Part shown: positions 60,900 through 64,000 of the stretch, one piece after another
Position numbering within the stretch: the stretch's first letter is position 1
How the letters are laid out: every line of letters starts with the position of its first letter
NCBI RefSeq assembly: GCF_032062105.1
Contig: NW_026922232.1
Location: 1-64,000, forward strand
From: Saccostrea cucullata
Lineage: Eukaryota
Direction of reading: 5' to 3'
DNA: 64,000 nt
Position numbers and translations under genes: made by a program
The notes under the pieces: generated by a model
Told to the model about the DNA's origin: nothing
Databases searched by the model: none
The model's input: the letters and a program-made list of their open reading frames with translations, nothing else

Positions 60900-62636
60900 A
60901 TGGAGCCATCCAACGAAGCAGTCAAGGTCAAGAAGGAACCTAGTTCACACAGTTCGCATCACAATTCGCATCATAGTTCACATCGCAGTAGATCATCGTC
61001 TTCAAGTACTTCAAAACGCGCCAAGGTTGAAGCAGCACGGGCTCTGCTCAAGTTAGCAGAAGAGGAGGCAGCCCTTCGAAAGAAGTTATCCCAGCTTGAA
61101 GAACAAGATGAAATAGACCAGGCGACTATAAAAGCCTCCGCGGCAAGAAGAAGAGCAGATTATCAAGCTGATATGGACCTACTCGCCGCCAAGAAAACAG
61201 CAGCAGCACTTGACGCAGAAGCTAAAGTCTTGGAGCAAGACTCATCCCTCACCGATCGCGACTTAAGTGAATATGATATTGCAAGCGTAAAGGAGGATCC
61301 ACAAACACGGACCACTGAATACGTTTCGAATTTGTGCCGGCACTTACAAACAAATGGAGACAAGTCTTACACTGATACAGATATACCACCGAATGCGAAC
61401 CTACCTCATCGGACAGAGTCACCAGCCTCATCGTATGTAGGGTTACCACGCACTGTGCACACATTCCAAAGTCCTAACCATGTGCAGAATGCACAACTAG
61501 TGCCTGACATTTCTAAATTTCTGTTGAGGAAAGAACTTTTGATATCAAGACTTTATCGGTTTAGTGATAAACCAGAATCTTATTTTGTCTGGAAGTCGAG
61601 TTTTCAGAATATTCTAGCAGACTTACAAGTTACAGAATTTGAACAACTGGATCTTCTTGTCAAGTGGCTCGGACCTGAATCAAGCTCCTATGCATTAAGC
61701 ATCAGAGCCGCTAATGCTGACAACCCAGCGAGGGCCTTGCGCCTTCTGTGGGAGAGACTAGATGAAAGGTACGGTTCCCCCGAAAGAATCGAGAGTGTTC
61801 TAAAAGACAAACTTTCCAAGTTTTCGAAGATCAGCCTTAAAGACAGCCTCAAACTTTATGAGCTATCGGACCTTCTTACAGAAATTTCGAGTCTAAAGGA
61901 GCAACCGATGTATCAACCACTACTGGCTTACTTCGATTCTTCTGTTGGAGTCAACCCCATTATCGAGAAACTTCCCCACCACATGAAGGAAAAGTGGATC
62001 ACGAGAGCATCTAAGTACAAGGAAACAAACGGACAGTGCTTCCCACCATTCAAGTTTTTTGTTAGTTTCGTGAAGGAGATGAGTACTATGAAAAACGACC
62101 CGAGTTTCTTATTCGGCGAAAGTGTACATCAAGTAACAAAGCCTACTCGTCCACCGGCCTTCCTCCCAAAGCCTCGGTTTCCTGTTACAACAACAAAAAC
62201 TGACATTTTACCTGATTTGAGGGAGAAGATTACAATGTGTCAAATCCATGGAACGAATCATCGACTTAGTGAATGCCGTGCATTCCAAAACAAATCCTTA
62301 GAGGCTAGAAAGAACTTCCTGAAAGAAAAAGGATTATGTTTTAAGTGTTGTGACTTTGCGCACAAAAGCAGACATTGTAAAGAAAAACTAAAATGCACCA
62401 TTTGTGACAGTGACAAACACGCCACGGTTATGCATGGTGACATTCCCCCTAAGGCTCATGGCGGGGAGAGCACAGTACGGTCAGGAACAAGCACTAACAC
62501 ACATAGAACTTCACTTGAAACGCTGACAGTAGAGTCCTCATGCACCGAGATCTGTGGGAAAATCACACTTGGAAAGTCGTGCCAAAATCTTACCTGTGTT
62601 TGTACATCCCAGAGAACATCCAGAAAACCGCATTAA
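60900..62636 (+). CDS. BEL/Pao gag-like region of the polyprotein; frameshifts near 62580
   Basis: 578-aa ORF with a coiled coil, FSDKPESYFVWKSSF, LDERYGSP and Zn-knuckles CQIHGTNHRLSEC, CFKCCDFAHKSRHC and CTICDSDKHATVMH. Confidence 0.85.
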   Translation: MEPSNEAVKVKKEPSSHSSHHNSHHSSHRSRSSSSSTSKRAKVEAARALLKLAEEEAALRKKLSQLEEQDEIDQATIKASAARRRADYQADMDLLAAKKTAAALDAEAKVLEQDSSLTDRDLSEYDIASVKEDPQTRTTEYVSNLCRHLQTNGDKSYTDTDIPPNANLPHRTESPASSYVGLPRTVHTFQSPNHVQNAQLVPDISKFLLRKELLISRLYRFSDKPESYFVWKSSFQNILADLQVTEFEQLDLLVKWLGPESSSYALSIRAANADNPARALRLLWERLDERYGSPERIESVLKDKLSKFSKISLKDSLKLYELSDLLTEISSLKEQPMYQPLLAYFDSSVGVNPIIEKLPHHMKEKWITRASKYKETNGQCFPPFKFFVSFVKEMSTMKNDPSFLFGESVHQVTKPTRPPAFLPKPRFPVTTTKTDILPDLREKITMCQIHGTNHRLSECRAFQNKSLEARKNFLKEKGLCFKCCDFAHKSRHCKEKLKCTICDSDKHATVMHGDIPPKAHGGESTVRSGTSTNTHRTSLETLTVESSCTEICGKITLGKSCQNLTCVCTSQRTSRKPH

Positions 62637-63999
62637 AATATATGCCATACTCGATGATCAGAGTAACCGATCACTTGCCAGGAGCTCATTTTTTGACTTC
62701 TATGAAATCCATTCACAACCGGAGGAGTACATAATGAACTCTTGCAATGGAAGGACCTTGACATCCGGAAGACGTGCATCCGGATTTGTACTAGAATCAT
62801 GTGATCATCAAGTGCACATAGACTTACCTGGTCTCGTTGAATGTGACAACATTCCTGACAATAGACACGAGATTCCGTCACCGGAAGTCACTAGGTATCA
62901 TCGTCACCTGTGTGACATTGACCTTTACAGTTTGGACCATAATTGTCAAATCCTGTTGCTTCTTGGTAGAGACGTACCTTATGTGCACCACATTCTTGAC
63001 CAGAGGACTGGTCACCCTGATGCTCCTATTGGACTTAGATCTCCACTAGGATGGACTATCGTCGGTGATGTGTGTGTAGGATCTCAACATGGCCCAGTCA
63101 ATGTGTACAAAACATACGTGTTGTCCAGTGGACGACCTTCCCTTCTACATCCTTGCGAGAACAAGGTAAACATCAAGGAGCTGCCTACGCCAAGTGTACC
63201 CTGTAGACAATCTTTAGACTACTCAGGTCACAATGTTTTCGCACTAACACCTCATGACAATAAGCAAGGATTATCCACGGAGGATAGGGCCTTTCTACAG
63301 GAGATGGAAAAAGAGTTCAAGAAAAATAGTGAAGGGAATTGGGAAGCCCCACTTCCATTTAAGGAGCAACGGCCATTGTTACCAAACAATCGGGTCATGG
63401 CCTTGGAGAGGGCCAGGAGATTTGACACTAGTTTGAGAAGAGATCTCGTCAAACAGAAACATTTTTTCGAGTTTATGCAGAAACTATTTGATAGCAAGCA
63501 TGTTGAGATTGCACCACCAGTCAAACAGAATGAAGAAGTGTGGTATTTACCCGTTTTTGGCGTATACAATCCCCACAAGCCTGACCAGATCCGTGGAGTG
63601 TTCGACTCCTCGGCTACATTTCATGGACTTTCCTTGAACAATGTCTTGATGTCTGGTCCGGACCTTAACAACAGTTTGCTTGGAGTGCTCATCAGATTCC
63701 GCAAGGAACCAATAGCCATAACAGCCGACATCCAACAAATGTTCCACTGTTTTTATGTAAGACCAGATCACAGGAACTATCTTAGATTTTTCTGGCACCA
63801 TGAAAATGACGTTAACCAAGAGCTTAAGGAGTATAGAATGAGAGTCCATGTATTTGGAAACAAACCCTCACCCTCGGTAGCTACATATGGTTTACACAGA
63901 ACAGCTTTAGATGCTAGAGACTCATTTGGACCTGATGTCACCGACTTTGTTCTAAACCACTTCTACGTAGATGACGGATTAATCTCCCTACCTTCTGTC
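62581..63999 (+). CDS. BEL/Pao pol region: aspartic protease and reverse transcriptase (partial, open to the window end)
   Basis: Hand translation from 62581 has no stop: AKILPVFVHP..YAILDDQSNRSLA..LLLGRD..PLGWTIVG..WYLPVFGV..FYVDDGL, with YVDD at 63964-63975. It is absent from the ORF track, probably because no stop lies inside the window. Confidence 0.9.
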
Positions 64000-64000
64000 G

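Larger units (their letters stand above)
60247..64000 (+). mobile_element. BEL/Pao LTR retrotransposon, truncated by the window end
   Basis: Gag-like ORF with Cys/His knuckles, protease ILDDQS, and RT with WYLP..VFDSS..LNN.LMSGPDL..DIQQMF..FG..SP..YVDD. The left boundary (TG at 60247) is a tentative LTR start. Confidence 0.9.

Overview
AT-rich eukaryotic genomic DNA with GT-AG introns. It is very probably a bivalve, most likely an oyster, inferred from Helentron/HINE-like elements carrying a ~167-bp Cg170-like satellite. No prokaryotic systems or CRISPR arrays are present. Six spliced genes were rebuilt by hand: a 7-exon BTB-BACK-6xKelch gene (-, ~1092 aa); PPIL1 (-); PSPH (+, head-to-head with PPIL1); two tandem paralogous secreted chitin-binding (CBM14/Pif-like) genes (-), one with a ~790-aa Gln/Pro-rich tail; and a type-I membrane CUB/mucin-stalk protein with a Tyr-motif tail (-) that the ORF track shows only in fragments. 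A BEL/Pao LTR retrotransposon runs off the right edge. Introns and intergenic DNA hold many non-autonomous elements (Kolobok-, Tc1/mariner-, hAT-, Harbinger- and Helentron-like, SINEs, long-hairpin elements). The most unusual patterns are: tandem repeats seeded at splice junctions, including a triple in-frame acceptor and an array of AG|NNN|GTAAGT units in PSPH; a roughly tenfold excess of TACATGTA, the Tc1-type excision footprint; and a recurring hairpin-plus-split-inverted-repeat architecture. All coordinates and counts were made by eye, and family names are not database-verified.
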